A stretch of DNA of 64,000 nucleotides, from the NCBI GenBank assembly GCA_025355665.1, contig JANXZF010000070.1, positions 1,069-65,068 on the forward strand. Direction: 5' to 3'. Of this stretch, positions 20,478 to 29,301 are shown one piece after another. This DNA is from Actinomycetes bacterium. GTDB lineage: Bacteria; Actinomycetota; Actinomycetes; Nanopelagicales; Nanopelagicaceae. Numbering within the stretch: position 1 is the first letter of the stretch; each line of letters opens with the position of its first letter. Under the pieces are notes generated by a model. The model ran no database searches and was not told the DNA's origin. It saw only the letters and a list, made by a program, of their open reading frames with translations. The position numbers and the translations under genes were made by a program.

Positions 20478-21137
20478 TCATTCGCGCCACACAAGGTATT
20501 TCAAAAACCAATCACGTGCGAGCGTCGCAACTTGCTCAAGAGCGCCTGGCTCTTCGAAGAGGTGAGTGGCGACAGGGATGATTACCAATTCATTCTTGCA
20601 GCGCAGTTTCGATTGTGCTTGACGGTTCAGATCAATTACAACATCATCTAGTCCGCCGACAATCAAAAGAGTAGGCGCTTGGACAGCTTCAAGTTTCGGC
20701 GCCGCCATGTCGGCCCGACCGCCTCGGGAGACAACCGCACTCACCTTCGAGTGTGGGTCGGCGGCAGCCCATAACGCCGCCGCAGCGCCAGTGCTTGCTC
20801 CAAAGTAGCCAAATGGACTTTCTGCAAATTCTTCTTTCGAACGAAGCCAAGTTGTTGCCTCCAAAAGACGTCTCGCAAGCAGCTCGATGTCAAAGACATT
20901 GACTCGATCCGACGCCTCTTGCTCGGTGAGCAGATCAAATAGCAAAGTTGCAAAACCCGCATTATTGAGGACTTTGGCGACGGCGACATTTCTAGGACTG
21001 TTCCGACTACTTCCGCTTCCATGAGCGAAAACGACTAGCCCCCCAACGTGACCGGGAACTCTTAGGTGACCAGCAAGCGTGATCGGGCCCGCAACAACTT
21101 CGACCTCTTCATCCCTAACGAAGTTATGCAGATTCAT
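20478..21137 (-). CDS. Dienelactone-hydrolase-like alpha/beta hydrolase
   Basis: VVFAHGSGSSRNSPRN, a nucleophile-elbow-like GASTGAAAAL, and C-terminal ATHLFEEPGAL. ATGA overlap with the upstream PRTase gene. Confidence 0.7.
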   Translation of the reverse strand: MNLHNFVRDEEVEVVAGPITLAGHLRVPGHVGGLVVFAHGSGSSRNSPRNVAVAKVLNNAGFATLLFDLLTEQEASDRVNVFDIELLARRLLEATTWLRSKEEFAESPFGYFGASTGAAAALWAAADPHSKVSAVVSRGGRADMAAPKLEAVQAPTLLIVGGLDDVVIDLNRQAQSKLRCKNELVIIPVATHLFEEPGALEQVATLARDWFLKYLVWRE

Positions 21138-21769
21138 TTATGCCCCTTTTTCAAGAGCGTCACGACTTCTTCATCGGTTACTGCGGAAAAATCTTCGTAC
21201 CATTCACCAACTGCAAAGAAGTTCTCCGGAACCTCAAGGCAAATTACTTGATCGGCGATATTAGAAAGGGCTTCTAAAGCCTCTTTAGAGCCAACTGGTA
21301 CCGCTAAGATGACTTTTTCGGCGCCCAAGGCGCGTGCCACATGACATGCCGCTTGCGCAGTGGAACCCGTTGCGATTCCGTCGTCAACTATTAGAGCTAG
21401 CCGTCCTTTGAGCAAAACTGGGGAGCGGCCTTCACGGAATTTGCGTGCTCGATCAGCGACGACTTCATTTTCTCTCAATCGGGCTTCTTCGAATTGCCGG
21501 GGAGTAATTTTCGCCATCGCGATGACTTGATCATTCTTTGAGAAGATCCCACCTTCACCTACTGCACCCATGGCAAGCTCTGGTTGAAAAGGTATTCCAA
21601 GTTTTCGAACCACAATGACATCAAGTGGAGCGTGGATACTTTGAGCGATTTCAAAGGCAACGGGCACTCCACCCCTTGGGAGGGCGAGCACGACAGCATC
21701 CTGGTTCTTGAAATCAGCAAGTCGCTTAGCTAATTCACGTCCCGCCGTGACTCGATTTTTGAAAATCAT
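21134..21769 (-). CDS. Phosphoribosyltransferase (type I PRT fold, substrate unknown)
   Basis: PRPP-binding loop LALIVDDGIATGSTAQAA. N-terminus FKNRVTAGRELAKRL...VLALPRGGVPVA is typical of the predicted PRTases that pair or fuse with DLH domains. Confidence 0.8.
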   Translation of the reverse strand: MIFKNRVTAGRELAKRLADFKNQDAVVLALPRGGVPVAFEIAQSIHAPLDVIVVRKLGIPFQPELAMGAVGEGGIFSKNDQVIAMAKITPRQFEEARLRENEVVADRARKFREGRSPVLLKGRLALIVDDGIATGSTAQAACHVARALGAEKVILAVPVGSKEALEALSNIADQVICLEVPENFFAVGEWYEDFSAVTDEEVVTLLKKGHK

Positions 21770-21806
21770 GTCTGGCCTTCTAGAGAAACATTAGATTTAG
21801 TTACTT

Positions 21807-22766
21807 CTAATGTACGCGCCTTTTGTTCGTTGAGTTATCGGCACCTGCAAGCCATCCAACACTCGCCAAAGCTACGGATACCGTGAGCACGCCAGCGGCG
21901 CCTGCAAGGTGAAGATCTTGTAAATCGGCTGGCGCCTTAAGAAGCGCACTGAATATTCCAAGCGTTGCCGTGGCAGTAAGCAATCCGACGAGCGTGCCCG
22001 CCAACGGTCGAGCGCCTGAAATTCTTGACCAATCTCGCCACGCATGAATGGCAAATGCGATCATGGCAATTACTGCGAAGAACGCGACACCCCGGTGCAA
22101 GAGGTGCAGGATTACAAGGTGGAGTGGCTGGTTAGACGGACACAATGGAAAACTTGCGCAGGCCTTTTCTGCCTCCGCGTTAACAACGAGCGATCCAGAC
22201 AGATACAAAAGTCCTGCACCCGTTATTGCGCTCCACCCCAGTTTGCCTAGTCGTGGTGATGAAGACTCACGTTTATCGACTAGTGATCCGACGGCTGTGA
22301 CTGTTGCGCCACCTAGGAGTGCCAGTCCCGCGAGCAGATGCGCCGCGACTGTGGGCGCGCCGTTGCTATCAAAGACGGTGATCGCTCCGAGAATCACTTG
22401 GACAAAAACGATGGCAACCGTGAACAAGGCTGGTTTAATCGCAGAGAGCCTGATGCGAATTCGAGATGCCAGGAAATATGTAGCAATTACCAATATTGAA
22501 ACAATGCCAGCCAAGTATCGGTGAGTCTGCTCCATGAAGGCGTGAAATTCTTGGAACGGTCCTATTCGACCTTTGCAAAGGGGCCAATCAGGACAGCCCA
22601 TCCCCGAATCGGTAACGCGCACATGGCTTCCGTAAATAATTAGTATGTAGACAACCACGGCACTGATGATTGCAAAAATGGGCAACCACTTTGAAGGGAT
22701 TCGTTTAGCCGATGCGAAATTGCTTGATTTAGTAAGTAGGGTCAGATTCACTTCTGCAACGTACAC
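21807..22766 (-). CDS. ctaA: Heme A synthase (COX15/CtaA family)
   Basis: About 8 TM helices. Conserved YGSHVRVTDSGMGCPDWPLCKG and histidines in HRYLAG, AAHLLAG and HLLHRG. The start is uncertain, since the N-terminal 25 aa are unusual. Confidence 0.7.
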   Translation of the reverse strand: MYVAEVNLTLLTKSSNFASAKRIPSKWLPIFAIISAVVVYILIIYGSHVRVTDSGMGCPDWPLCKGRIGPFQEFHAFMEQTHRYLAGIVSILVIATYFLASRIRIRLSAIKPALFTVAIVFVQVILGAITVFDSNGAPTVAAHLLAGLALLGGATVTAVGSLVDKRESSSPRLGKLGWSAITGAGLLYLSGSLVVNAEAEKACASFPLCPSNQPLHLVILHLLHRGVAFFAVIAMIAFAIHAWRDWSRISGARPLAGTLVGLLTATATLGIFSALLKAPADLQDLHLAGAAGVLTVSVALASVGWLAGADNSTNKRRVH

Positions 22767-22822
22767 GGACTGCCGATATAAAGAGAGTGATTCCGATTCT
22801 CACGAGGGCTACCCCTCGTCAC

Positions 22823-23983
22823 TCACTTTGCGTAAACGGCGAAGAAGTCGCGGCTTGTTGGTTGAAAGTAACGATCTGCCGGCCTTGCGAAATCCAAAAG
22901 TTTGTGGGGGATTGGCGAGGTTGCTGTTACACCCGGCGTGTACCACATGTAAGAAATCCACTCAGGGTTAATGTCGAGTTCCATCGCTCGAACCGATCCT
23001 GCTCGGAGAAGCAGATTGGCAAGACTTTGGATGGAGAGGGCGTTGCCAGCGACAAAAACGAAATCACCAGACGCAGTAATTCCAATTCCGGTTCGCCAAA
23101 CGAAGTACTCGTTTTTAAGAGTCCAGCCCCAATTTGCAAGAACATTCTTGTCGAGATTAGGAGTGACCTGTCCGTTATCGATGAGCAAAGCTAAATTCTG
23201 TCGAATGGAGACGATGTCTGGATCCGGCTTCTTTCCTGACCAAGAGAGAATATCCGAGTGCCCATCGGCGTAGATGACGAGGGATGCTGCACCTTTTACA
23301 AGTGTCCCTGCAGTATTTCCATCGGCGTAGAAGCCTCCTCGCGAATTCTTGATTTTAAATCCGCCATTGAAAGTTGCAACTAAACTGGCTCGTTGCGCGA
23401 CGGGAATGATTGAAGGTTGAGTCCACAGATTTAAGTGGCCGGGGTCTGAGAAACCAGGGTGCTGTACGAAGGTCAGTTGTGAACCGCTCATCCACGCCAC
23501 GCCGGATAAATAGGAGGTGTGCTGTCCATCAGGACGCAAATAGGCGATTTGAATTACTGGTTGCTCATTTACTTTAACGACTGTTTTGAAAGTTCCTTCA
23601 CCGTTTAATGCAGGGGAGACTATTGGCTGCAGCGGATCATGAATCGGCACAAGGGGTGTCGGGGTTGGTGTGGGAGATGAAGTTGGATTCGCTGTCGGTA
23701 ATGGTGAAGGGCTGACTGTTTGGCCGTTGAGGTCTTGAAGTTCGGTTCCGGTTGGCTTTCCTCCGATTTTTGGGGGATTGAGCCAGTACTGCAAATTTTC
23801 TCCGGCCGTGACCACAAATCCGAGTCCGTGATCGCGCCCCCACTCGGCAAGGCGGGCCGCCACACTGTCAGTTCCAGGGGCGGCAAGAACTGAACCGATC
23901 GACCACGAGAGGCTTCCGATAAAAATGGCTAAAACGACCGCTAGAGAAATCAGTGTTGTGCGTTTGGTTGGACGTTTAAGCAT
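22823..23983 (-). CDS. Membrane-anchored phosphodiester glycosidase family protein (NAGPA/DUF2233-like)
   Basis: N-terminal TM anchor, a Pro/Thr linker (PTANPTSSPTPTPTPLVP), then ATFNGGFK ... WRTGIGITASGDFVFVAG ... RAMELDINPEW, which resembles the phosphodiester glycosidase domain. Its start overlaps the dprE2 stop (TGATG). Confidence 0.55.
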   Translation of the reverse strand: MLKRPTKRTTLISLAVVLAIFIGSLSWSIGSVLAAPGTDSVAARLAEWGRDHGLGFVVTAGENLQYWLNPPKIGGKPTGTELQDLNGQTVSPSPLPTANPTSSPTPTPTPLVPIHDPLQPIVSPALNGEGTFKTVVKVNEQPVIQIAYLRPDGQHTSYLSGVAWMSGSQLTFVQHPGFSDPGHLNLWTQPSIIPVAQRASLVATFNGGFKIKNSRGGFYADGNTAGTLVKGAASLVIYADGHSDILSWSGKKPDPDIVSIRQNLALLIDNGQVTPNLDKNVLANWGWTLKNEYFVWRTGIGITASGDFVFVAGNALSIQSLANLLLRAGSVRAMELDINPEWISYMWYTPGVTATSPIPHKLLDFARPADRYFQPTSRDFFAVYAK

Positions 23984-24738
23984 CAGCGATTGGAAATTCT
24001 TTTAAATATCTTCTTGGGCATGAAGGTGAAGACGCAAGCAACGTACTTTAATACTGCCGGCGCGTAACCTATTCTGTCATCGCCCTTCAAAAGGTTGACA
24101 GCTACTTTCCCGACCGCATCGCTGTTAACGGCAAAGGGTGCTTCAGCCATTGACTTCGTCATCCGCGTTCGAACAAATCCTGGTCTAAGAATGTTGATGG
24201 ATACTCCAGTTCCTTCGAGCTTGTCATTCAAACCGCGAGCCATAAAATCCAACCCCGCCTTGGATGAGCCATAAATAAAATTGTCAACGCGTGGGCGAGT
24301 TTGTGCGAACGAGGAGATGATTTCGATTTGTCCGTGACCCTGAGATTTCATTTTCTCAGCGATAAGAAGCATGAGGTTCGCGCAAGCAACGTAGTTGACG
24401 GTCATTACATCGAGTGCATTCGTCGACTCATCTAGATCAGGGTTATTGCCAAGGACGCCGGCCGCAATGATCGCTACGTCTAGATCTCCTTCGGAAAAAA
24501 GTTGATTAACAATGTCCTTGTGAGTCTGGGTCGCTTCAGCCTGGAAGGCAATCTCAACCAATGTAGTTCGATTTGGGAGTACCTCTTTGAGGGAAGTTGC
24601 GGCTCGCTGTGGTTCTCTAGCTACGAGGAAGCAAGTATTCAAACTGTCATGGGGCAATGCCTTAAGGATTGCCTGGCCGATTTCACTTGTGGCTCCAAGG
24701 AGCGCCACTGATTGGGGGCTGTGAAATGCGTTCAACAT
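23983..24738 (-). CDS. dprE2: Decaprenylphospho-beta-D-erythro-pentofuranosid-2-ulose 2-reductase (SDR)
   Basis: Short-chain dehydrogenase: LLGATSEIGQAI Rossmann motif and catalytic YGSSK. About 250 aa, immediately downstream of and overlapping the DprE1-like gene. Confidence 0.75.
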   Translation of the reverse strand: MLNAFHSPQSVALLGATSEIGQAILKALPHDSLNTCFLVAREPQRAATSLKEVLPNRTTLVEIAFQAEATQTHKDIVNQLFSEGDLDVAIIAAGVLGNNPDLDESTNALDVMTVNYVACANLMLLIAEKMKSQGHGQIEIISSFAQTRPRVDNFIYGSSKAGLDFMARGLNDKLEGTGVSINILRPGFVRTRMTKSMAEAPFAVNSDAVGKVAVNLLKGDDRIGYAPAVLKYVACVFTFMPKKIFKRISNR

Positions 24739-26072
24739 AGTTTCAATCTCCTTGATTGATCAGACTGCCACATTCCACGGGGGTCCATATTGTTGCGGAT
24801 TCCTCGCCACTCTTCCAATCGGGGATACATAGTCGGAAGGAATTCAGGTTTCAACCGCGCATCCTTAACTAAATAGATTCGTCCGTTCCTATCGCAAAGT
24901 TGTGAATCCAGAGAGTTGAGGGTCGATTCAAGATTGCGGAGATTCGCGGGGATATCAAGAGCCAAGGTCCATCCGGGTTTGGGAAAACTTAGAGGAGCGG
25001 GCGAACCTTTGCCGAACTTCTTCAAAACGCCAAGGAAGGACGCAGCACCTAGGTCTTTCATTGTTGCAAGAACTTGGGCGAGGAAATCCTCATTGCCTTC
25101 GGGAACGACAAATTGATATTGGATGAATCCTCGATCGCCGTAGATGCGATTCCAGTTTTGAATTTGGTCTAAGGGATGCATGAAAGAATCGATCGAAGCT
25201 ATTCCGCGTGTAAGCGGTTTTCGGAACCACATTTCGTTGAACGCTCGGACGGAGAGTTTGTTGATAAGTGAGAACGGTCCAATTTTCGGAAACGTTAATG
25301 TTGGCGCATTTTTTGATTTTATTGGTGCCTCTTGCTTCGCACCCGGTTCTTGAGAAACGTAGTTGCCCTTACCTACAACTCCGCGTCCACGGAAATCTCC
25401 AGAAAGATCTATCCATGCCACCGTGTGCTGAAAATTTTCGTCCGAAGAAGAAAGGAGAGTCAGCATTTCATCAAGATTGTTGACCCTGGTCTCTTCTACG
25501 AGTACAGAAGGAGTATTCATTTGAATGAGTTGGAGGTCGGCCTCCAAGATCATCCCCGTAAGTCCAAGTCCGCCGATGCTTGCCCAGAAATGATCAGCGG
25601 TGGGACCTTCTGGGTAGAGGTCTCGAATTTCTCCGTCGGAATAAAGCATTTGAATGCGCTTTACGCATGAGGAGAATGCGCCGGTGATATGGTGGGATTT
25701 TCCGTGAATATCGGCGGCAATCGCACCACCGATGCTTACCAGACCAGTGCCTGGAACTACCGGGGGAAATAGTTTGCGTTCAATGGATGCTTTTTCCAGC
25801 GTTCGTATGGAGACGCCAGCGCCAACCGTCACAACTGGAGCATCTGCATGAAATTCGAGTCTGGATAAGAAAGCAGCATCTATCGTTATCCCGCCAATAT
25901 TGAGGGATGAGTCACCATAACTTCGGCGAAGCCCGTGTGTGATGCAACCTCGAGGACTCTTTTGGTCGCGAACATATTCTTGCAATGCTTCGATCGATTG
26001 CGGCGCATATTCGGTGGAGACCGATCGTACGGTTCGTCCCCAACCAGTGGATTCCATTTTATGAAGTGACAT
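24732..26072 (-). CDS. dprE1: FAD-dependent decaprenylphosphoryl-beta-D-ribose 2'-oxidase
   Basis: N-terminus STGWGRT...; HGLRRSYGDSSLN; FAD-binding PCMH-type domain (GGAIAADIHGKSHH). 446 aa, flanked by the UbiA-type PRTase and the SDR. Confidence 0.8.
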   Translation of the reverse strand: MSLHKMESTGWGRTVRSVSTEYAPQSIEALQEYVRDQKSPRGCITHGLRRSYGDSSLNIGGITIDAAFLSRLEFHADAPVVTVGAGVSIRTLEKASIERKLFPPVVPGTGLVSIGGAIAADIHGKSHHITGAFSSCVKRIQMLYSDGEIRDLYPEGPTADHFWASIGGLGLTGMILEADLQLIQMNTPSVLVEETRVNNLDEMLTLLSSSDENFQHTVAWIDLSGDFRGRGVVGKGNYVSQEPGAKQEAPIKSKNAPTLTFPKIGPFSLINKLSVRAFNEMWFRKPLTRGIASIDSFMHPLDQIQNWNRIYGDRGFIQYQFVVPEGNEDFLAQVLATMKDLGAASFLGVLKKFGKGSPAPLSFPKPGWTLALDIPANLRNLESTLNSLDSQLCDRNGRIYLVKDARLKPEFLPTMYPRLEEWRGIRNNMDPRGMWQSDQSRRLKLC

Positions 26073-26084
26073 GATTTTTTCGCC

Positions 26085-26942
26085 TTAGTACATAGATAGA
26101 AGGAGAAGTGCGGCTGTTGCAAATCCGCTGAACAGCATTACGACGTCGTGAAGGAGGAGATCTTCCGGGACTTCTCCCGAACCTTTTTCGACTAGCCAGA
26201 CATATCTGAACAAGCCAAGACAAAGTGGAAGCAATGAGATCTGCCCGAAGTGTCGAGATTGTGGAAGCGAGAATGCCCAGAGACTGTAACCAGTAAGAGT
26301 GACCGCTGCAGAAACTGTGAGGACAAATCTGAGAAAGGGGAGTGGATAGTCCCGAATCACAGGGCGAACATCTGCGTTCACAAGACTTTCGGCCTCGGCC
26401 AGTCGTTTGGCTACGACTACAACTAGTGAGCCAAATGATGCGACAACGAGAAACCACCGCGAGATTGGTGTACCAGTTGCTGCGCCACCGGCTAGTGCTC
26501 GAAGGAGAAAGCCGAGGGCAACAATCATAAGTTCGACGACTGGTTGATGTTTTAAGCCAAATGAATACGACAGAGTAGAAATCAAGTACAAGAGCAGAAC
26601 GAGTTGAAAAGTGAGCGGCAATGCGACTGAGGCGGCGATTCCAAGAATGGCGCAAATTGCCAATACGTACAGTGCTTGGGTTGTAGTGATCTTGCCGGAA
26701 GCAAGTGGGCGCTTGGATTTCTTTGGATTCCCGCGATCTCTCTCGAGATCTCTGATGTCGTTGACTATGTAGCCAACGCTGGAGATCAGGCAGAAGGCAA
26801 TGAAGGCCAGAGCAGACTTGACTAGCGAATGATCGTGAAATATTTTCCCGGCAGCGACGGGGGCCGCGAAAACCAGAATATTTTTTGGCCATTGCTTAGG
26901 CCGCACCGTCATCACCAAGGGAGAGATGGTTGGAGTCGCCAC
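26085..26942 (-). CDS. UbiA-family decaprenyl-phosphate phosphoribosyltransferase (Rv3806c-like)
   Basis: 285 aa with 8-9 TM helices. RPKQWPKNILVFAAP N-terminus and aspartate-rich NDIRDLERDR motif. First gene of the ubiA-dprE1-dprE2 string. Confidence 0.75.
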   Translation of the reverse strand: MATPTISPLVMTVRPKQWPKNILVFAAPVAAGKIFHDHSLVKSALAFIAFCLISSVGYIVNDIRDLERDRGNPKKSKRPLASGKITTTQALYVLAICAILGIAASVALPLTFQLVLLLYLISTLSYSFGLKHQPVVELMIVALGFLLRALAGGAATGTPISRWFLVVASFGSLVVVVAKRLAEAESLVNADVRPVIRDYPLPFLRFVLTVSAAVTLTGYSLWAFSLPQSRHFGQISLLPLCLGLFRYVWLVEKGSGEVPEDLLLHDVVMLFSGFATAALLLLSMY

Positions 26943-27141
26943 TGGATTACACCCGATCAGAAATCGTGGTGACCTTGTTGGTCACAATTGATTCTAACCC
27001 TGGACAGTATGACCGCCAAGGACAATTGCCGAACCAGTTGAGCAAGAATTCACCCCTTTTCTTTGTTTTCGTCGTTTGGTGGCCTCTTTACATTTGTCTT
27101 TGGCGGGGAGATTGCACGTGACTACTTCCAAGGAAGGCATC

Positions 27142-27363
27142 ATGATTCAATCTCTAGAATTCTCGTTGGGCCTCATTCCACAGAGGCGATCAACGCCTCC
27201 ACGAAACATTGTGATCTTACTTTTCATTTCCACCGCGGCAATTCTCATATCGGCTTTGCCAAGTAGTGCACCTGCAAGCGCCAACGTCTCGCAAACGAAG
27301 AGCGTCGATCAATCTCATCTGCTGTTGTTCACGAAATCATCTCTCAAGAATCCCCTTAAGTGA
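27142..27363 (+). CDS. Hypothetical small secreted or membrane peptide (73 aa)
   Basis: ATG 27142 lies 4-5 nt after AGGAAGG. Signal-peptide-like RRSTPPRNIVILLFISTAAILISALPSSAPASA, followed by a 27-aa polar tail. It lies in the largest non-coding gap of the window. I recognise no family. Confidence 0.3.
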   Translation: MIQSLEFSLGLIPQRRSTPPRNIVILLFISTAAILISALPSSAPASANVSQTKSVDQSHLLLFTKSSLKNPLK

Positions 27364-27391
27364 TGTGGTTATCTAAGCGGAGTGATAAATA

Positions 27392-27727
27392 TTACTTCAG
27401 GAGTTTTTGCGCGTCCTTTGTAAGAGCGTAAAAGGCCCACTTGCCACGTTGGGTACGTGTGAGCAATCCCGCATCAACTAGCATCTTGAGGTGATGGCTA
27501 ACAGTGCTTTGGGCAAGGCCTGTATCCGGCGTTAAATCACAGACACACGCTTCAGCATTTTCTCCGGCTGCCACCGCCATCATCAACGAAAGTCGAGTGC
27601 CGTCACCTAGGGCCTTGAATTGCTCGGCCAATCTTTCAACATCCTTTGGTGATTTCGTGAGAGAAACTGTGTGCGCCACGTATTTATCATACATTGACAT
27701 TGATCGATTCGAGATTAGAGTTCTCAT
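27392..27727 (-). CDS. arsR: ArsR/SmtB-family metalloregulator
   Basis: Metal site EACVCDLTP (ELCVCDL type), followed by the HTH LAQSTVSHHLKMLVDAGLL. Divergent from ACR3. Confidence 0.85.
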   Translation of the reverse strand: MRTLISNRSMSMYDKYVAHTVSLTKSPKDVERLAEQFKALGDGTRLSLMMAVAAGENAEACVCDLTPDTGLAQSTVSHHLKMLVDAGLLTRTQRGKWAFYALTKDAQKLLK

Positions 27728-27754
27728 ATCGAAATCTATCTATTTGAGGATCCA

Positions 27755-28819
27755 TTGAGCCAGACTAAACAAAGCGCCCCAGCCAATCCCATCTCCAGAC
27801 TCTCAAGGGTGAATCGCTTTTTACCTATCTGGATTCTTGCGGCGATGACATTCGGCCTTCTCTTGGGCAAAGCATTTCCAGGGATAAATAAGGTCCTAAC
27901 TTCGATTCAAATCCAAAGCACATCTTTGCCCATCGCCTTAGGGCTGTTCATCATGATGTATCCAGTGCTTGCCAACGTGCGTTATGAAGAGATGGGGCAC
28001 CTACGTTCGGATAAGAAGCTTCTTATTTCGTCATTAATCCTCAACTGGATAATCGGGCCTGCATTGATGTTCTCGCTGGCTTGGATCTTCTTGGGTGATA
28101 AACCTGCCTACCGCACTGGATTAATTGTTATTGGTTTAGCGCGATGCATTGCCATGGTTTTGATTTGGAATGATTTGGCGTGCGGAAATCGAGAAGCTGC
28201 CGCGCTCTTGGTGGCCATCAACTCGATATTCCAGATTCTGGCATACGCACTTCTGGGAACTTTCTACCTGAAGGTCTTGCCAAAATGGTTGGGTCTTGAT
28301 TCCTTTTCAATTTCTTTCTCAACCTGGGATATAACCAAGGCAGTTCTGATCTTTTTAGGTGTCCCGCTCATTGCAGGCTACTTCACGAGGAGAGTGGGCG
28401 TTCGCAGCAAGGGGGCGAACTGGTATGAGCAGAAGTTCATTCCGAGAGTTGCTCCATTTGCCTTCTATGGACTTCTCTTTACTATTGTTTTGATGTTTGC
28501 GTTGCAAGGTCAGGCGATCGTTGATTCACCTGGTGTCGTGGCGCAAGTCGCTCTTCCTCTATTGATTTATTTTCTGATCATGTGGGGTGTCTCCTACGTT
28601 TTCGGTAAGGCAGTCGGCTTGGAGTACGAGAAAGCGACCACTCTGGCTTTCACTGCGGCCGGTAACAACTTCGAACTAGCGATTGCGGTGAGTATCGGTG
28701 TTTGGGGAATCACGTCAGGTCAGGCGATGGTCGGTGTTATCGGACCACTGATTGAAGTTCCGGCGTTGGTTGCACTTGTTTATGTTTCACTATGGCTACG
28801 AAAGAGGTACTCGCGATGA
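27755..28819 (+). CDS. acr3: ACR3-family arsenite efflux permease
   Basis: TTG start, 354 aa, 10 TM helices. RFLPIWILAAMTFGLLLG, GLARCIAMVLIWN (conserved Cys) and VGVIGPLIEVPALV are typical of ACR3. Confidence 0.85.
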   Translation: MSQTKQSAPANPISRLSRVNRFLPIWILAAMTFGLLLGKAFPGINKVLTSIQIQSTSLPIALGLFIMMYPVLANVRYEEMGHLRSDKKLLISSLILNWIIGPALMFSLAWIFLGDKPAYRTGLIVIGLARCIAMVLIWNDLACGNREAAALLVAINSIFQILAYALLGTFYLKVLPKWLGLDSFSISFSTWDITKAVLIFLGVPLIAGYFTRRVGVRSKGANWYEQKFIPRVAPFAFYGLLFTIVLMFALQGQAIVDSPGVVAQVALPLLIYFLIMWGVSYVFGKAVGLEYEKATTLAFTAAGNNFELAIAVSIGVWGITSGQAMVGVIGPLIEVPALVALVYVSLWLRKRYSR

Positions 28820-29244
28820 GTAAGCCCGATACGAGCAATTCCGATACGAGAAGGCCTAGCGTTCTTTTTGTGTGCGTTCATAACGCCGGTCGTTCGCAGA
28901 TGGCGGCGGCTTTTTTGTCGCATCTATCAAATGCGATCGAAGTTCGTTCGGCTGGCACGCAGCCAGCTCATGAAGTAAACCCTGTTGTTGTGGAAGCGAT
29001 GCGAGAAAAAGGAATCGACCTCTTTGGACAAGTTCCTAAAGTTTTAACCACCGAAGCCGTACAGGAAAGCGATGTGGTCATCACGATGGGCTGCGGGGAT
29101 GCCTGCCCGTATTTCCCAGGCAAGCGCTACCTGGATTGGAAACTGGCCGATCCTGTCGGAGGCACCCTCGAGGCCATCCGGCCGATCAGAGACGAGATTG
29201 AGGCCCTAGTCCGCGCCCTGATTGCCGAGATCGCCCCGGCCTAG
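28816..29244 (+). CDS. arsC: Arsenate reductase, low-molecular-weight phosphatase family
   Basis: ATG 28816 overlaps the ACR3 stop (ATGA). P-loop VLFVCVHNAGRSQMAAA (CX5R[S/T]) and ITMGCGDACPYFPG. Confidence 0.85.
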   Translation: MSKPDTSNSDTRRPSVLFVCVHNAGRSQMAAAFLSHLSNAIEVRSAGTQPAHEVNPVVVEAMREKGIDLFGQVPKVLTTEAVQESDVVITMGCGDACPYFPGKRYLDWKLADPVGGTLEAIRPIRDEIEALVRALIAEIAPA

Positions 29245-29285
29245 CCAGCAGGGGACTTGCCCCTGTCGGGGCTTACGGCTATTTT

Positions 29286-29301
29286 TCGAACATATGTTCG
29301 A
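29286..29301 (+). promoter_or_regulatory. LexA SOS box TCGAAC-ATAT-GTTCGA (core of a 24-bp perfect palindrome, 29282-29305)
   Basis: Read directly in the sequence: TTTTTCGAACATATGTTCGAAAAA. It matches exactly the actinobacterial/mycobacterial LexA operator consensus TCGAAC-N4-GTTCGA. It sits immediately 5' of the dnaE2 cassette. Confidence 0.8.

Noticed and set aside
26059-26892. 277-aa minus-strand ORF overlapping the UbiA-type gene in another frame
   Set aside because: The product is Arg/Ser-rich with no hydrophobic pattern. The alternative frame (26085-26942) gives a coherent 8-9 TM prenyltransferase with an NDxxD motif.
29249-29285. Possible intrinsic terminator after arsC (alternative hairpins CAGGGG-ACTTG-CCCCTG or GCCCC-TGTC-GGGGC)
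   Set aside because: The stems are short and mutually exclusive, and the T-run is 9 nt away and belongs to the SOS palindrome. This is too weak to annotate, and read-through from the ars operon cannot be excluded.
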